From assembly GCA_947624575.1 (NCBI GenBank), contig CANQKY010000001.1:4964-68963 (forward strand): a DNA stretch of 64,000 nucleotides, given 5' to 3'. The notes beneath the pieces were generated by a model. It was given only the letters and a program-made list of their open reading frames with translations, was not told the DNA's origin and did no database searches. This DNA comes from an uncultured Clostridia bacterium. Lineage in GTDB: Bacteria > Bacillota > Clostridia > Oscillospirales > Ruminococcaceae. This document shows, piece after piece, positions 45,545 through 55,808 of this stretch. Both the position numbers and the translations under genes were made by a program. The first letter of the stretch is position 1. Each line of letters opens with the position of its first letter.

Positions 45545-46117
45545 ATGAAACGAGTTTTACCATTAACAGACTCGCAGCGGCAGTTGGTAGAACAAAATCA
45601 GGAGTTGGTGCGGAGCATTGCCGGGCGATTTGTGTCGTTACCGGAATTGGAATTTGATGATCTGTTTCAGGAGGGATGCTTATGGCTGTGTAAGGCGGCT
45701 GTTACTTATCAGGAAAATCGCGGCGCCACTTTTATTACTTATGCCAATAAGGTAGTTATCAACGGTCTTAAAACTTATTGCAGAGTGGTCGGCTCCAAAC
45801 GCAAAAAGCAGTATTTATATACGCTGTATGATTGTGAGCAAAGCCCGACAGAGAACGAAGCGGACAAGCTGGTAACCGACCGGGATATGCTTCGTTTTCT
45901 CAATCAGATCAAACAGCAGTATGCCGGTACGGTGCGGTTGGGGATTGAAGCATTGGAGTGGAAGCTTCGGGACTACTCCGGTACTGAGATAGCCAAAATG
46001 TATGGAGTGACGCCGAATCTAGTAGGTGCGTGGATCTCTCGAGCTGCACAGAAGCTGCGAAAGAACAAGCGATTTTTGACTTGGATGGAGCGGCTTGGAG
46101 ATCGAAAGGCATCGTAA
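45545..46117 (+). CDS. Sigma-70 family RNA polymerase sigma factor (ICE-encoded)
   Basis: Region-2-like DDLFQEGCLWLCKAAVTYQENRGATFITYANKVVING and region-4 HTH GTEIAKMYGVTPNLVGAWISRAAQKLR. Confidence 0.65.
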   Translation: MKRVLPLTDSQRQLVEQNQELVRSIAGRFVSLPELEFDDLFQEGCLWLCKAAVTYQENRGATFITYANKVVINGLKTYCRVVGSKRKKQYLYTLYDCEQSPTENEADKLVTDRDMLRFLNQIKQQYAGTVRLGIEALEWKLRDYSGTEIAKMYGVTPNLVGAWISRAAQKLRKNKRFLTWMERLGDRKAS

Positions 46118-46136
46118 TGAAAAAAGGAGAGTACTT

Positions 46137-46823
46137 ATGAATCAATTTTACACGGCGGTAGGTCGTTTGAAAATCAATAGACAGTATGGCAGCAAGACGC
46201 CGTCTGTCATGTTGGGCTGTAAAGAATACCAGTTAGATGTGCAGGAAATGTTATTATGGTCTGTAATGAATTGGCGTATTTTGTCCAAGGATGAGCTTCG
46301 CTGCAGCTATGAAAAAGCATTGGCAGAAGAAAAGCTGATCTTTCGACGCAGCATGGAAGAATGTATGCGTCGCTTGCTGCAACGGGGACTGATTGCCGAA
46401 GGAATCGGAGAAACCGGTGCGGACGCATTATATGAACTTTTATCGGAGCTATATATCATTCCAATCTCCGAAAATCCGCTTCTGCGGCTGATATCATTCG
46501 TGCGCTTTACCTTTTTCCAAGGTATATCGTATTCTGTTACCAGACGGATTTTTGGGAAGGACAAACGGAATGACAGCGAGAAAAAGGTTATGCGGATTGT
46601 GAACCAAGCGGTCCTGTCTACCGCAGAGATTATTAAGTGCTTTCAGCAAAAGGTTTTTGACTTTTCATCTGAGGACACTTTGATGGATGCGCTTTATTTT
46701 GATACATACACGACCAGTGACAACATTTCCGAGGAAACACGATACCTGCCGGAATGTCGTCCCGTGCTGGCTTCCATAGCCAATTTGTATCTCCGCCGGC
46801 AAATTATCTTTGAAAGGGTGTGA
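46137..46823 (+). CDS. Hypothetical protein
   Basis: 228 aa from ATG 46137 (AAAGGAGAG RBS). Unknown function. Confidence 0.45.
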   Translation: MNQFYTAVGRLKINRQYGSKTPSVMLGCKEYQLDVQEMLLWSVMNWRILSKDELRCSYEKALAEEKLIFRRSMEECMRRLLQRGLIAEGIGETGADALYELLSELYIIPISENPLLRLISFVRFTFFQGISYSVTRRIFGKDKRNDSEKKVMRIVNQAVLSTAEIIKCFQQKVFDFSSEDTLMDALYFDTYTTSDNISEETRYLPECRPVLASIANLYLRRQIIFERV

Positions 46824-47274
46824 GAGATTGGAAGACGGCGGCAAGGCACCCGTTTGGTTTAAACGAAGGATGCTTCTTTCCGTTTTGCTTTGTGTGGTAT
46901 GTCTGCTGATCGGGACGGTAGGTTTCTTGTATTATGGGGATCAAGTCATGCTCATACTGAGTGCGGCGGTCTGTGCTTTGGGTGTCTTCAAAGCATGGAC
47001 CGCTTTCCGCATCATTGCAACCGAGGACTATGATACAGTAGAAGGTATCTGTATTGGCATCAAACCAAAACCGTTACGGCGCTATCGCCAAATACAGATC
47101 ATAGACGATGAGGGCAATGAATCCACTTTATATCTTGGGAAAAGATTGAAACTTCAAATCGGCTGCCGATATCGGTTCTTTTTCAAAAGAGGCGATCGGC
47201 AAATCACCGGCAGCGATCATCTGGACACATTGTTGGCTTTAAACCTGTTTCTCGGCTATGAAGAAGTACCATAA
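46810..47274 (+). CDS. Hypothetical membrane protein
   Basis: Two N-terminal TM helices (LLSVLLCVVCLLIGTVGFLYY, VMLILSAAVCALGVF). Start uncertain. Confidence 0.4.
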   Translation: MKGCERLEDGGKAPVWFKRRMLLSVLLCVVCLLIGTVGFLYYGDQVMLILSAAVCALGVFKAWTAFRIIATEDYDTVEGICIGIKPKPLRRYRQIQIIDDEGNESTLYLGKRLKLQIGCRYRFFFKRGDRQITGSDHLDTLLALNLFLGYEEVP

Positions 47275-47315
47275 TTGAAAAAATCGAGCAAAGAGAATTT
47301 TTCGTAGGAAAAGAT

Positions 47316-47344
47316 TTGACTTTTCATTCGCAAATTGATATAAT
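47316..47344 (+). promoter_or_regulatory. Consensus-like promoter of the abiE operon
   Basis: TTGACT, 17-nt spacer, TATAAT. Confidence 0.6.
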
Positions 47345-47392
47345 AAATACTACATAAATAAATAATATATACATAAAATATATCAAACGGGG

Positions 47393-48067
47393 GTGAAAAT
47401 CGTGAAACAATTATCCTATGTACAGTATGTTCGAAACATAATCGACGGTTTTCATGAAGGTGAACCGATCTTGATTCGCGAGCTTGGGCGTCGCATTGCG
47501 GCAGAATACCAAACGGATGAGCAAAAGGCGCGGTTGGCTGCTTCGAATGCGGTAAAGCGAATCATGCAAACCGATTTGATCCCGAATTTCCGCTGTTTTG
47601 GAAAAGGGATTTATTATCTTGCCAAGCAGACGCCCTTCGGTGAAACGGGTATTGACAAAGAAAAGCTGATTGCCATGAAGTATCTCAATGGGCATAACGG
47701 TTATGAGTCCGGTGCGTTGATGATGCATAAGCTCGGTTTGACCTCTTTGGCGCCGAGAGAGCGGGTTTTTGTATCCAATCGGGCGAAGACCAGAACCATT
47801 CGGGATACCGATCTGAATATTATTGTAAAGGTGCCGCGTACTGCGATCGATCGGAACAACTGCGATTGCCTGCAGTTTCTTGATATGCTCACCATTTACG
47901 ATGCGCAGCCGGTGGATGCAAATGACCCTTATGAAATACTCCATCATTTTATGCAGATGAAACACCTGGACTACGGAAAGCTATTGCATATTGCGGATCG
48001 CTTTTACAGCGAACATACGATCATACAGTTGGCGCATCTGGCGGGTAAAGAGGAGAAAAAGTTATGA
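47393..48067 (+). CDS. abiEi: AbiEi-family type IV antitoxin / transcriptional regulator
   Basis: About 220-aa protein directly upstream of, and overlapping by 4 nt (ATGA), an AbiEii-type nucleotidyltransferase gene. Start GTG 47393 or 47402. Confidence 0.6.
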   Translation: MKIVKQLSYVQYVRNIIDGFHEGEPILIRELGRRIAAEYQTDEQKARLAASNAVKRIMQTDLIPNFRCFGKGIYYLAKQTPFGETGIDKEKLIAMKYLNGHNGYESGALMMHKLGLTSLAPRERVFVSNRAKTRTIRDTDLNIIVKVPRTAIDRNNCDCLQFLDMLTIYDAQPVDANDPYEILHHFMQMKHLDYGKLLHIADRFYSEHTIIQLAHLAGKEEKKL

Positions 48068-49038
48068 CTTTACAGAATGAAAAAGATGCTTTTCGTGTTT
48101 TGATCGAGCAGGTATCCGAGGATACGGGTTATCGTCGTGATGTCATTGAAAAGGATTATTATGTCACCTTGGTTTTAAGGGAATTGGCACAGTTTCAATC
48201 GGAAGGTCTGCCGGCATATTTCAAGGGCGGCACAGCACTCTATAAGGCGTTACACAGCGTCAAGCGATTTTCTGAGGATATTGATTTATCAGTCGATACC
48301 AGCGATTGCAGCAGAACGCAAGGAGACAAAAGACTGAATCATGCTACTAAGAAATATACTTGTCTGCCACGCAGCCAAGAGGGACGCTCTAATAAGTCAG
48401 AAGTTATTGCTGTTTATCAATATAACCCACTCTTAGAATATGACACCCATGATGTTTTGCAGCGTTTTGGTAAGGTTAAGATTGAAGCGACTTCTTTTAC
48501 AATCAGTGAACCCTACGAGCCAATGACAGTAGCACCGATTCTATATGAGAAGGCAACGCCAATACAACAGCAGATCTTGACTGAAAGATATGGCGTTTTT
48601 CCTTTTTCCGTTTTAACTATGACGATCGAGCGGATCTTTGTTGATAAACTGTTTGCTGCTGAAGCTTATACAAGAAAAGCGGATCAGGATCATAGAGCAT
48701 TTGAGGCATCCAAGCACATTTATGATTTGGCTGTCATATTTGAGCATCCCCGCATTGTTGCATTGCTCAATGATGAACAGCAAATGGCTAAACTACTGTC
48801 AATACGGTTGCGAGAGGAAAGAGAGCGTCGGGACGGAATTCCCGGTGTCCTCCCAAAAGAGTTCACCTTTTTTGATAGTGCGTGTAAGAGCAGCAATATT
48901 CAAAGAGCGTATGAAATCATGCAGAATCAGTATGTTTTGATTGCAAAGGATCAAATCAGTTTAAGTGAAGCGCAGGACAAACTGCTCGTTTTGGAGGAAA
49001 AACTTTTGCAATGTAAGGCTTGGACAGAAGCACAGTAG
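48064..49038 (+). CDS. abiEii: AbiEii/AbiGii-family nucleotidyltransferase toxin
   Basis: YFKGGTALYKALHSVKRFSEDIDLSV matches the family core (GGTAL...RxSxDIDL). Confidence 0.75.
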   Translation: MTLQNEKDAFRVLIEQVSEDTGYRRDVIEKDYYVTLVLRELAQFQSEGLPAYFKGGTALYKALHSVKRFSEDIDLSVDTSDCSRTQGDKRLNHATKKYTCLPRSQEGRSNKSEVIAVYQYNPLLEYDTHDVLQRFGKVKIEATSFTISEPYEPMTVAPILYEKATPIQQQILTERYGVFPFSVLTMTIERIFVDKLFAAEAYTRKADQDHRAFEASKHIYDLAVIFEHPRIVALLNDEQQMAKLLSIRLREERERRDGIPGVLPKEFTFFDSACKSSNIQRAYEIMQNQYVLIAKDQISLSEAQDKLLVLEEKLLQCKAWTEAQ

Positions 49039-49079
49039 TATTTATCAATTCAAAATATCTATATATGGGATATAAACTA

Positions 49080-49108
49080 TTGACAAACACAATATATAGT
49101 GATATACT
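49080..49108 (+). promoter_or_regulatory. Near-consensus promoter upstream of ssb
   Basis: TTGACA, 17-nt spacer, TATACT. Followed by a ~200-nt leader that contains a terminator-like hairpin plus T-run (about 49217-49270). Confidence 0.55.
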
Positions 49109-49309
49109 ATCATTGTAATTGATTTTTGTGCTTAATCCGATTGGATTTGCAGACCTTGTGGTTTGTATTGCGGTAAAGTGCCGCATTGCACATGTTTGTT
49201 ATGTTTGTATTCAAAGTGCCGACAGTACGGTTTTGCCTTCGGGTGAATTGACCGTGTGCCGGCGCTTTTTTATATAGATATTTTAGCCGTTAGGCAGAAA
49301 GGGGAAGAT

Positions 49310-49720
49310 ATGGCACAGGTTTATGTAATTGGTCGTGTAACGGCCGATCCGGAGCTTAAAACCAGTGTAAACAAGCATCCTTATATGAGATTTGATATCG
49401 CCGAGAATATTGGAAGCAGAGATCGTATGAGGACGCAATACTATCAGGTATGTGCAATGGATGGTCATGCACAGCGCATTGCAAAAGCTTATGTAAAAAA
49501 GGGCTGCCTTCTTTGGATATCCGGTTCACTTGAATTGGAAGTATATACAAAGAGAGATGGCGTCACCACCGATAAGCGAATGAAGATCATGCTTGATAAC
49601 TGGGGTTTTGTTCCAATCCGGACAAGAGCAAATCAAGTCTTGTCTGAACATTCCCATGATAAAGCCACGACAGAAGCAGTCGTGGTTATAGATGGGGACA
49701 GAGATTCTCTGCCGGAGTAG
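49310..49720 (+). CDS. ssb: Single-stranded DNA-binding protein
   Basis: MAQVYVIGRVTADPELK... is an OB-fold SSB N-terminus, with an acidic C-terminal tail DGDRDSLPE. ATG 49310 after a GGGGAAG RBS. Confidence 0.8.
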   Translation: MAQVYVIGRVTADPELKTSVNKHPYMRFDIAENIGSRDRMRTQYYQVCAMDGHAQRIAKAYVKKGCLLWISGSLELEVYTKRDGVTTDKRMKIMLDNWGFVPIRTRANQVLSEHSHDKATTEAVVVIDGDRDSLPE

Positions 49721-49749
49721 TATCCGGCGCAATTGAGGAACCGTATGGT

Positions 49750-50622
49750 GTGTTTCAAAGGACAACACGATACGGTTCCTCTTTTTTTATTATCAGAAAG
49801 AGAGGAATGAACGAAATGAGAATAAAACAAGGGTTATGGTCAGATGTGACTTTGCTGATCGTAGCGGTATTGGCGATCATGGCATTTATTCGCGGCGGCT
49901 TGCAAATCGTGCTGTTGATCGGTGTGTTCGTCCTTTGGACTATACGGGCAGTGTATCGCTATGGATTGCCTTATCTGAGGATGCAAATGCACCGTTATGA
50001 AGCTCGCAGAATACACCGCAAATACAAGGCTGTGTCCAAGAAGAAAACAAAAAAGCCTATAGGCGGTTCCGATCCGGTCGGTCTTGTATTATTGCGTCAT
50101 GTGAACTTCCGTATTTCTGCGTATTTGCAGTCATCTTATCCGGAAGCTACATGGGAGTGGTGTGAAGAATACCCGGAACGCATCATCGCCAGAGGCGGTA
50201 CCGGTCGAATACGGCTGCACGGTGTACCGGATTTTAATTTTGCGGAAGTATCCTTCCAGCAGAATGCCGAGATCAACTGTTCTCTGCTGAAAGTTGTGCC
50301 GCTGGAGCTGCCGGTTCAGACCGCAGAAGAAACCGAGAAAAGAACGAAAAAGCCCAATCCTATTGATCCGCAGGTCTGGTATGAAACCAAAGCCAGAGAA
50401 GTGCTGCGCAATTTGATTACCGATCTGAACTCGCGCGGGCATCACAGTCTTACTATCTTGGAGAATGGAGATGTATCTATTCAGCAGGCGGATCAGGAAA
50501 TAACCCGTCCGGTATTCGACAGTATGCCGGATCGGATGTATTGGTCGCGGCTGAGTAAAGTGTTTGAGCGAGAAGGTATGGCAGCGAACATAAACGATAA
50601 AGGCCTTGTCGTGAATTGGTAA
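49750..50622 (+). CDS. Hypothetical membrane protein
   Basis: Two TM helices near the N-terminus (VTLLIVAVLAIMAFI, IVLLIGVFVLWTI). The start is probably an internal ATG (MNEMRIKQ). Confidence 0.4.
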   Translation: MFQRTTRYGSSFFIIRKRGMNEMRIKQGLWSDVTLLIVAVLAIMAFIRGGLQIVLLIGVFVLWTIRAVYRYGLPYLRMQMHRYEARRIHRKYKAVSKKKTKKPIGGSDPVGLVLLRHVNFRISAYLQSSYPEATWEWCEEYPERIIARGGTGRIRLHGVPDFNFAEVSFQQNAEINCSLLKVVPLELPVQTAEETEKRTKKPNPIDPQVWYETKAREVLRNLITDLNSRGHHSLTILENGDVSIQQADQEITRPVFDSMPDRMYWSRLSKVFEREGMAANINDKGLVVNW

Positions 50623-50640
50623 TGGGGAGGATAAGCGTAT

Positions 50641-51714
50641 ATGAAAGCTGGTTTAACTATTGAAGAGCTGGCAGCAGAAATACTTCGCCAAAAGGATGCC
50701 AAAGAGGACTACATTGTAGATACCGGTCGGCTGCGTATGGAGCCCAGCGGCAATGATGTGATTCTGCGGGTACTGGGTACAGATGAAGCAGATCGGATCG
50801 AACCGCTTGATATTGGTCCGAATGCGCATCGTCAAATCGGCGTGCAGCTTTCCATACCGGCTAAGTACTATGCCAAAATGCAGGATGAAAATCCGGAGTT
50901 ACTGAGCATCAATGTCAATAGCTGGTTTGAGCGGTCGTCCAAACAGCGTATGCTGCGCGTGATGGACGGAAGAGCGCGTGCATTTCTCAGCAACCGCTAT
51001 CGCAGGATCGACAATTATCAAATTGCAACGGCGGTTTTGCCGATTATCGGAGAGATGAAAGATGCGCGGGTGGAGAGCTGCCATATCACCGAAAATCGTA
51101 TGTATATCAAGGTGGTAAATCCTCGTCTGCAGCAGGAGGTCGTTCCCGGCGATATTGTGCAAGCTGGTACTATTATCAGCAACAGCGAGGTCGGACTCGG
51201 CTCTGTGAGCATTCAACCCTTGATTTACCGCCTGGTGTGCAGTAACGGCATGGTAGTCAATGACGCTGCAACCAAACGCAACCATATTGGAAGGGTAAAT
51301 TCCGCAGAGGAGAACTTCCAGCTCTATTCTGCGGAGACGCTCGAGGCAGACGATCACGCATTCCTGCTCAAAGTGCAGGATACGGTGCGGGCAGCTGTTG
51401 AAGAAGCAAAGTTCAGTCAGGTGGTCGATATGATGCGAGAGGCATCTGAGGCACATATGAATACCGCACATGTACCGGAGATCGTTCGCTTGACAAGCCG
51501 AGACTTTGGACTTACTGAGTCGGAACGGGACGGCGTATTGCAGTATCTGATCGAAGGCAATGACTTGAGCCTGTACGGATTATCCAATGCCGTTACACGG
51601 TATAGTCAGGATGTCGACAGCTATGACCGGGCAACCGATCTTGAAGCTGTGGGATATACCATTATGACAATGCCGATCAGACAGTGGAACAGAATCAATC
51701 AGATGGCAGCATGA
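50641..51714 (+). CDS. DUF932 (phage/plasmid-like) protein
   Basis: Length and segments (MLRVMDGRARAFLSNRYRRIDNYQIA, GTIISNSEVGLGSVSIQPLIYRLVCSNGMV) are typical of DUF932. Confidence 0.65.
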   Translation: MKAGLTIEELAAEILRQKDAKEDYIVDTGRLRMEPSGNDVILRVLGTDEADRIEPLDIGPNAHRQIGVQLSIPAKYYAKMQDENPELLSINVNSWFERSSKQRMLRVMDGRARAFLSNRYRRIDNYQIATAVLPIIGEMKDARVESCHITENRMYIKVVNPRLQQEVVPGDIVQAGTIISNSEVGLGSVSIQPLIYRLVCSNGMVVNDAATKRNHIGRVNSAEENFQLYSAETLEADDHAFLLKVQDTVRAAVEEAKFSQVVDMMREASEAHMNTAHVPEIVRLTSRDFGLTESERDGVLQYLIEGNDLSLYGLSNAVTRYSQDVDSYDRATDLEAVGYTIMTMPIRQWNRINQMAA

Positions 51715-51733
51715 TGTTGTCAAAGTAAATGAA

Positions 51734-52603
51734 ATGGAGGAAAAAATGATGATGAACACAAATGAAACCACATTGATGGAACAGAGGAAGTTTATTCTTC
51801 CCGCCATGGTGGAAAGCGATTTTTCAAGTGAAGATCTGTCGGAGGACTATGATGGTCTGCAGATGAGCTTTCAGCGAATCAAAATTCCCGGCGGCGGCAG
51901 TTTGCAGTTCGAAATACCGGGTGACGATCCTGAAAATCCCGATTATTCTAAGACGATCGAGGGGGTCATCGTATTTAATCACCAGACCGGCGCCTATTGG
52001 CCGGATGGTGCAGAGTATGATGATGAGGTTACACCTTTGTGTACCTCGGTCGATGGGAAGACCGGATTTGGTAATCCGGGCGGCGCGTGTGCTATTTGCC
52101 CGATGAATCAGTACGGAACCAGCACAGATAAGAACGGCAATCCCGGTAAAGGAAAAGCCTGCAAGAACATGCGGCATCTGTATATTCTTCGCAGTGGAGA
52201 ATATATGCCGATCCTTCTGGCATTGCCTCCTACCAGCCTGAAGCCGTTTTCCGACTTCATGAATCTCGCATTTGTATCCCGCCGCCGCCCTACATGGAGC
52301 AGCGTGGTACAGATCGGTTTGAAGCGGGTGGATAATGGTGCCAATACTTATAGTGTTGCGACCTTTAAGAAACTCTACGACTTTTCCGGCGAAGAACTGG
52401 CGCAGGTAAAACAGTATGCGATCGGTTTTCGTGAGCAGATTCATCTGATGCTTCAGCAGCGTGCAATCGGTGCGGAAAACCGCAAAGAGCCGGATGACCT
52501 TTATGAAACGGAAGGTCGATATGACTCGGTTGATAGCGGTCAGCACTTCACCGTGACAGGGCGGCAAACGATCGATGGGTCACGCGAGGCTCTGCCGGCA
52601 TAA
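51734..52603 (+). CDS. Hypothetical protein with Cys-cluster
   Basis: 289-aa ORF. CTSVDGKTGFGNPGGACAICPMNQ ... KACKNM is a possible zinc site. Unknown family. Confidence 0.45.
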   Translation: MEEKMMMNTNETTLMEQRKFILPAMVESDFSSEDLSEDYDGLQMSFQRIKIPGGGSLQFEIPGDDPENPDYSKTIEGVIVFNHQTGAYWPDGAEYDDEVTPLCTSVDGKTGFGNPGGACAICPMNQYGTSTDKNGNPGKGKACKNMRHLYILRSGEYMPILLALPPTSLKPFSDFMNLAFVSRRRPTWSSVVQIGLKRVDNGANTYSVATFKKLYDFSGEELAQVKQYAIGFREQIHLMLQQRAIGAENRKEPDDLYETEGRYDSVDSGQHFTVTGRQTIDGSREALPA

Positions 52604-52668
52604 AGACATTCTAAAAGGAACGCTGCTTGCTTATGTAAGCAGCGTCCACTTTTTAGGAAGTGGTGTGA

Positions 52669-53196
52669 ATGATAAAAGCTTTGACGGATGAGCAGAAAAA
52701 ATTTGCGGCAGAAAATCACGGTATGATATTTGCTTTCTTACATGATGCGGGTTTGCCGGTGGATGAATTCTATGGCGCAGCGGCGATAGGCTTTTTGCGC
52801 GCCGTAAACAAGTATTATGAAAGACCGGATCTCCTTTGCTATTCGTTTTCAACCATTGCCTGGAAAAATATGCGGAGCGAATCGTCCAATTATCAAAAGC
52901 GGTTGCGCCGCATACAGAAAGCAGATGCCGAGCTTTGTGATAGTATTTCTTCTGCAAAGTATTCTCTTTGGCGAGGCAGTCGAAGCTGGCAGAGTGAAAT
53001 AGCCATATATCTGGAAACACAGCGCCTTCTCCATGAGATCGCGGCGGCTTTACCGGACAAGCAGGCGCAGGCGGTTGTATTGAAAGCAAAGGGCTACAAC
53101 CTCAATGAGATTGCAAAGATCATGCGTATGCGCAATTATGAGGTCAGGAAACTGATCGAAACTGCTTATGCGGCTGTTTTGCAAATCCTTTTTTAA
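52669..53196 (+). CDS. Sigma-70-like factor (second ICE-encoded copy)
   Basis: Region-2-like FYGAAAIGFLRAVNKYYERPDLLCYSFSTIAWKNMRSE and region-4 HTH GYNLNEIAKIMRMRNYEVRKLIETA. Confidence 0.55.
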   Translation: MIKALTDEQKKFAAENHGMIFAFLHDAGLPVDEFYGAAAIGFLRAVNKYYERPDLLCYSFSTIAWKNMRSESSNYQKRLRRIQKADAELCDSISSAKYSLWRGSRSWQSEIAIYLETQRLLHEIAAALPDKQAQAVVLKAKGYNLNEIAKIMRMRNYEVRKLIETAYAAVLQILF

Positions 53197-53220
53197 TCAT
53201 AAGTGAAAGGGGAATTACGA

Positions 53221-53457
53221 ATGACAAACAAAAGATATATTACAATCAGCGGCGAACTGTTTTTTCCGTTGCAAAAGGGGCAGCCTGCTGTGATTGCAAG
53301 CGGCGGTAAGCTTATACAAACATCACGGGTATTGGAAATAATGGAAAACACCGAAGAAATTTCTCTGTTTGAAACCTTGCATTCCATTTATCAGGTATCT
53401 ATGTTACCAATATCCTGTGTATGTACGGTATCAGGACAGATGGCACGATCTGCCTAA
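53221..53457 (+). CDS. Hypothetical small protein
   Basis: 78 aa from ATG 53221 (AAAGGGGA RBS). Confidence 0.3.
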   Translation: MTNKRYITISGELFFPLQKGQPAVIASGGKLIQTSRVLEIMENTEEISLFETLHSIYQVSMLPISCVCTVSGQMARSA

Positions 53458-53468
53458 AGAAGAATAGG

Positions 53469-53494
53469 GCGCAGTCGGCATATGCCGACTGCGC
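53469..53494 (+). terminator. Perfect 26-nt palindrome terminator
   Basis: GCGCAGTCGGCATATGCCGACTGCGC followed by TATTTTACTTTT. Confidence 0.65.
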
Positions 53495-53524
53495 TATTTT
53501 ACTTTTGAGAAAGGAGAACGATTT

Positions 53525-54421
53525 ATGAGTTCAAGCATATTTGAGAAATTATCTGCTGTGCAGATCACGCCCGACAGTCGCATTACAGATGCGGATCGGC
53601 AATTTTGTGAAGCGCATCAACGAGCATACCATCAGGCAAAAGAAGGGCTGCAAAGCCTCAATGAGAAATGGGAGAACATCCGGAAACAGCAAATAGAAAG
53701 TCTTACTGGTGTTTCATCTGAGAGGAATGGCAGTTACAGCTATACCTATATTCATGGTGTTGACGCCAAAGATTTCCTTAATGCACTTGAAAGATTGCCC
53801 GCCGTCTTTATTGAATGGCTGGTTTGTTATTTTAATTCCACCTATCATGTGGAAATAGATTACCGACAGATTCAGAAATTTCTGCTGCCGAATGAACCGG
53901 ACCGTTATGAAAGTACCGCAGCGGAGAAAGAAGAATACCATGCTAAGCTCCAATCGCTTCTGCTTCGGTATGAGGATGTGCTGGAGCAGATCTTTATTCA
54001 GCTCGGCGATCGCACCTTTGCGGAACGCGCACTGGATGAAATTAAGGCAAAATGCCATGCCGCCGCTTGGAACAGCTACACAAAAGAAGCAGAGTTCATA
54101 GTACGAAACGACACTCTGCGACTGACTTCCTATGCCTGTAGTCGTAATGATTGGTATAATCCCCCAAGATGGGAATTACAAAGCAAAACAAAAGATATCC
54201 TGCGTGGTATCGCACACTTTGAACTCGGCGTATCCGGACAGTACCCAAAAACGATTTCTGAGATCCTCGGATATGATAACCGAGAGAATCCTCAAATCTT
54301 TTATGACTGTAAAAAGGTAGAGCAGTTGAAGATGTTTAAGAACGGACGGGTGGATATTAAATTTAAATCCCAGGACTATGCCGAACAGTTTGTTTTTGAG
54401 TACCTCGGTCGTGTTTATTGA
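53525..54421 (+). CDS. Hypothetical protein
   Basis: 298-aa ORF with an AAAGGAGAA RBS. No recognised domain. Confidence 0.45.
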   Translation: MSSSIFEKLSAVQITPDSRITDADRQFCEAHQRAYHQAKEGLQSLNEKWENIRKQQIESLTGVSSERNGSYSYTYIHGVDAKDFLNALERLPAVFIEWLVCYFNSTYHVEIDYRQIQKFLLPNEPDRYESTAAEKEEYHAKLQSLLLRYEDVLEQIFIQLGDRTFAERALDEIKAKCHAAAWNSYTKEAEFIVRNDTLRLTSYACSRNDWYNPPRWELQSKTKDILRGIAHFELGVSGQYPKTISEILGYDNRENPQIFYDCKKVEQLKMFKNGRVDIKFKSQDYAEQFVFEYLGRVY

Positions 54422-54434
54422 TGGGGGTGGGTGT

Positions 54435-55748
54435 GTGAAGTATCCGTTTTACGGAGAAACCGTACCGCAGGATCGGCGGCAGGAGTTTAACGATAAGCTC
54501 CTGTATCTCATTGGCAACGGTAAAACTGCGGAATGTGAGATCAGCGGCGCGGATATTTATAATCTCTACACCGGTGATGGCGGTCTGCATGGTCTGAATC
54601 GGCAGGATTATGACAATTACGCGGAATACAGCGAGGCAAAAAAGGAGATCGAAAACGGGCAATTCTTCACGCCGCCTTCTCTTTGCCGGCTGGTTGCGGA
54701 AAGTCTGGATCCTGCGGAAGACGCACTGATTGCCGATCTGACTTGTGGCGCCGGCGGCTTTTTCAATTTCTTGCCGACAGAAAGTAACTTGTACGGCTGT
54801 GAGATTGACACAAAGGCGTACAAGGTTGCGCGACATCTCTATCCGAAAGCCAATCTGGAAAACGGCGATATTCGTGCTTATGCTTCTACTGTCAGGTTTG
54901 ATTATGTGGTCGGGAATCCTCCATACAATCTGAATTGGTGGATCGGCAAAGGTGAGAATATGCTTTCGCAGCTTTATTATTGTGTGAAGGCGGCAGAGCT
55001 GTTGAAGCCGTATGGTATTTTAGCGGTTATAACGCCCATGTCCTTTCTTGCCGATGAGTTTTCAAACGGCGCTCAGATTGAGGAAATGGAAACCCGTTTT
55101 CGTTTTCTTGGTCAAGTGGCGTTGCCCGAAGACGCTTTCGCCTCTATCGGCGTAGCCCGCTTTCCGACCAAACTGCAATTCTGGCAAAAACACAATGGCA
55201 CGGAGCGGGTGCGCTCTTATCGTACGGAATTGGATGATACTCTTTCTCCGGGGTTTGACTGCGAACAGGCATCCTCATGGATCGCTGAGCATCTTTTATC
55301 CGAGGCAAAGGGTCTGATCTTACAGAATCGGTACAATGTCGTACAAGAACTGGCGAAGGAAAAGGAGATGTCGGAGGAGTTTCAGTATCAGGTGCAAAAA
55401 ATGCTCTACCAAATCAAGTGCCACCCAAAGACAAGGGACAGTTATACGAAATGCTATGAGTATCTGTACCGCTACTGTACGCAGAAACAGCCGGACGGCA
55501 TGAAGTACGAAGAATGGGAGAAGAAACGTATCACTGAGAAAAAGGTGCTTGCCTATCTGAGAAAGGCGCTTTCTCGGCAGAATATGAAACCGTCACAGGA
55601 CAGGATTACCCTTGTGAAGCGGAATTACGATTTTGTGTATAAGGGGTATAGCCATAAAGTACGGCTTACCATGTCCGATGATATGAAAAGACCAGTGCCG
55701 ATTTATGAGGTTGTGTCATCAGACGGTGTTGGAAATTTTCCGGGCTAA
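54435..55748 (+). CDS. N6-adenine DNA methyltransferase (orphan)
   Basis: GQFFTPPSL, motif I DLTCGAGGFFNF, motif IV VVGNPPYN. Probable GTG start at 54435 just after the upstream stop (track start 54378 overlaps the upstream gene). Confidence 0.8.
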   Translation: MKYPFYGETVPQDRRQEFNDKLLYLIGNGKTAECEISGADIYNLYTGDGGLHGLNRQDYDNYAEYSEAKKEIENGQFFTPPSLCRLVAESLDPAEDALIADLTCGAGGFFNFLPTESNLYGCEIDTKAYKVARHLYPKANLENGDIRAYASTVRFDYVVGNPPYNLNWWIGKGENMLSQLYYCVKAAELLKPYGILAVITPMSFLADEFSNGAQIEEMETRFRFLGQVALPEDAFASIGVARFPTKLQFWQKHNGTERVRSYRTELDDTLSPGFDCEQASSWIAEHLLSEAKGLILQNRYNVVQELAKEKEMSEEFQYQVQKMLYQIKCHPKTRDSYTKCYEYLYRYCTQKQPDGMKYEEWEKKRITEKKVLAYLRKALSRQNMKPSQDRITLVKRNYDFVYKGYSHKVRLTMSDDMKRPVPIYEVVSSDGVGNFPG

Positions 55749-55808
55749 GAGCGGCTGATCCGCAAAAAACAGCGGGAGTATGTTCGCCAAAACCGGAGAT
55801 TTTCCGAT

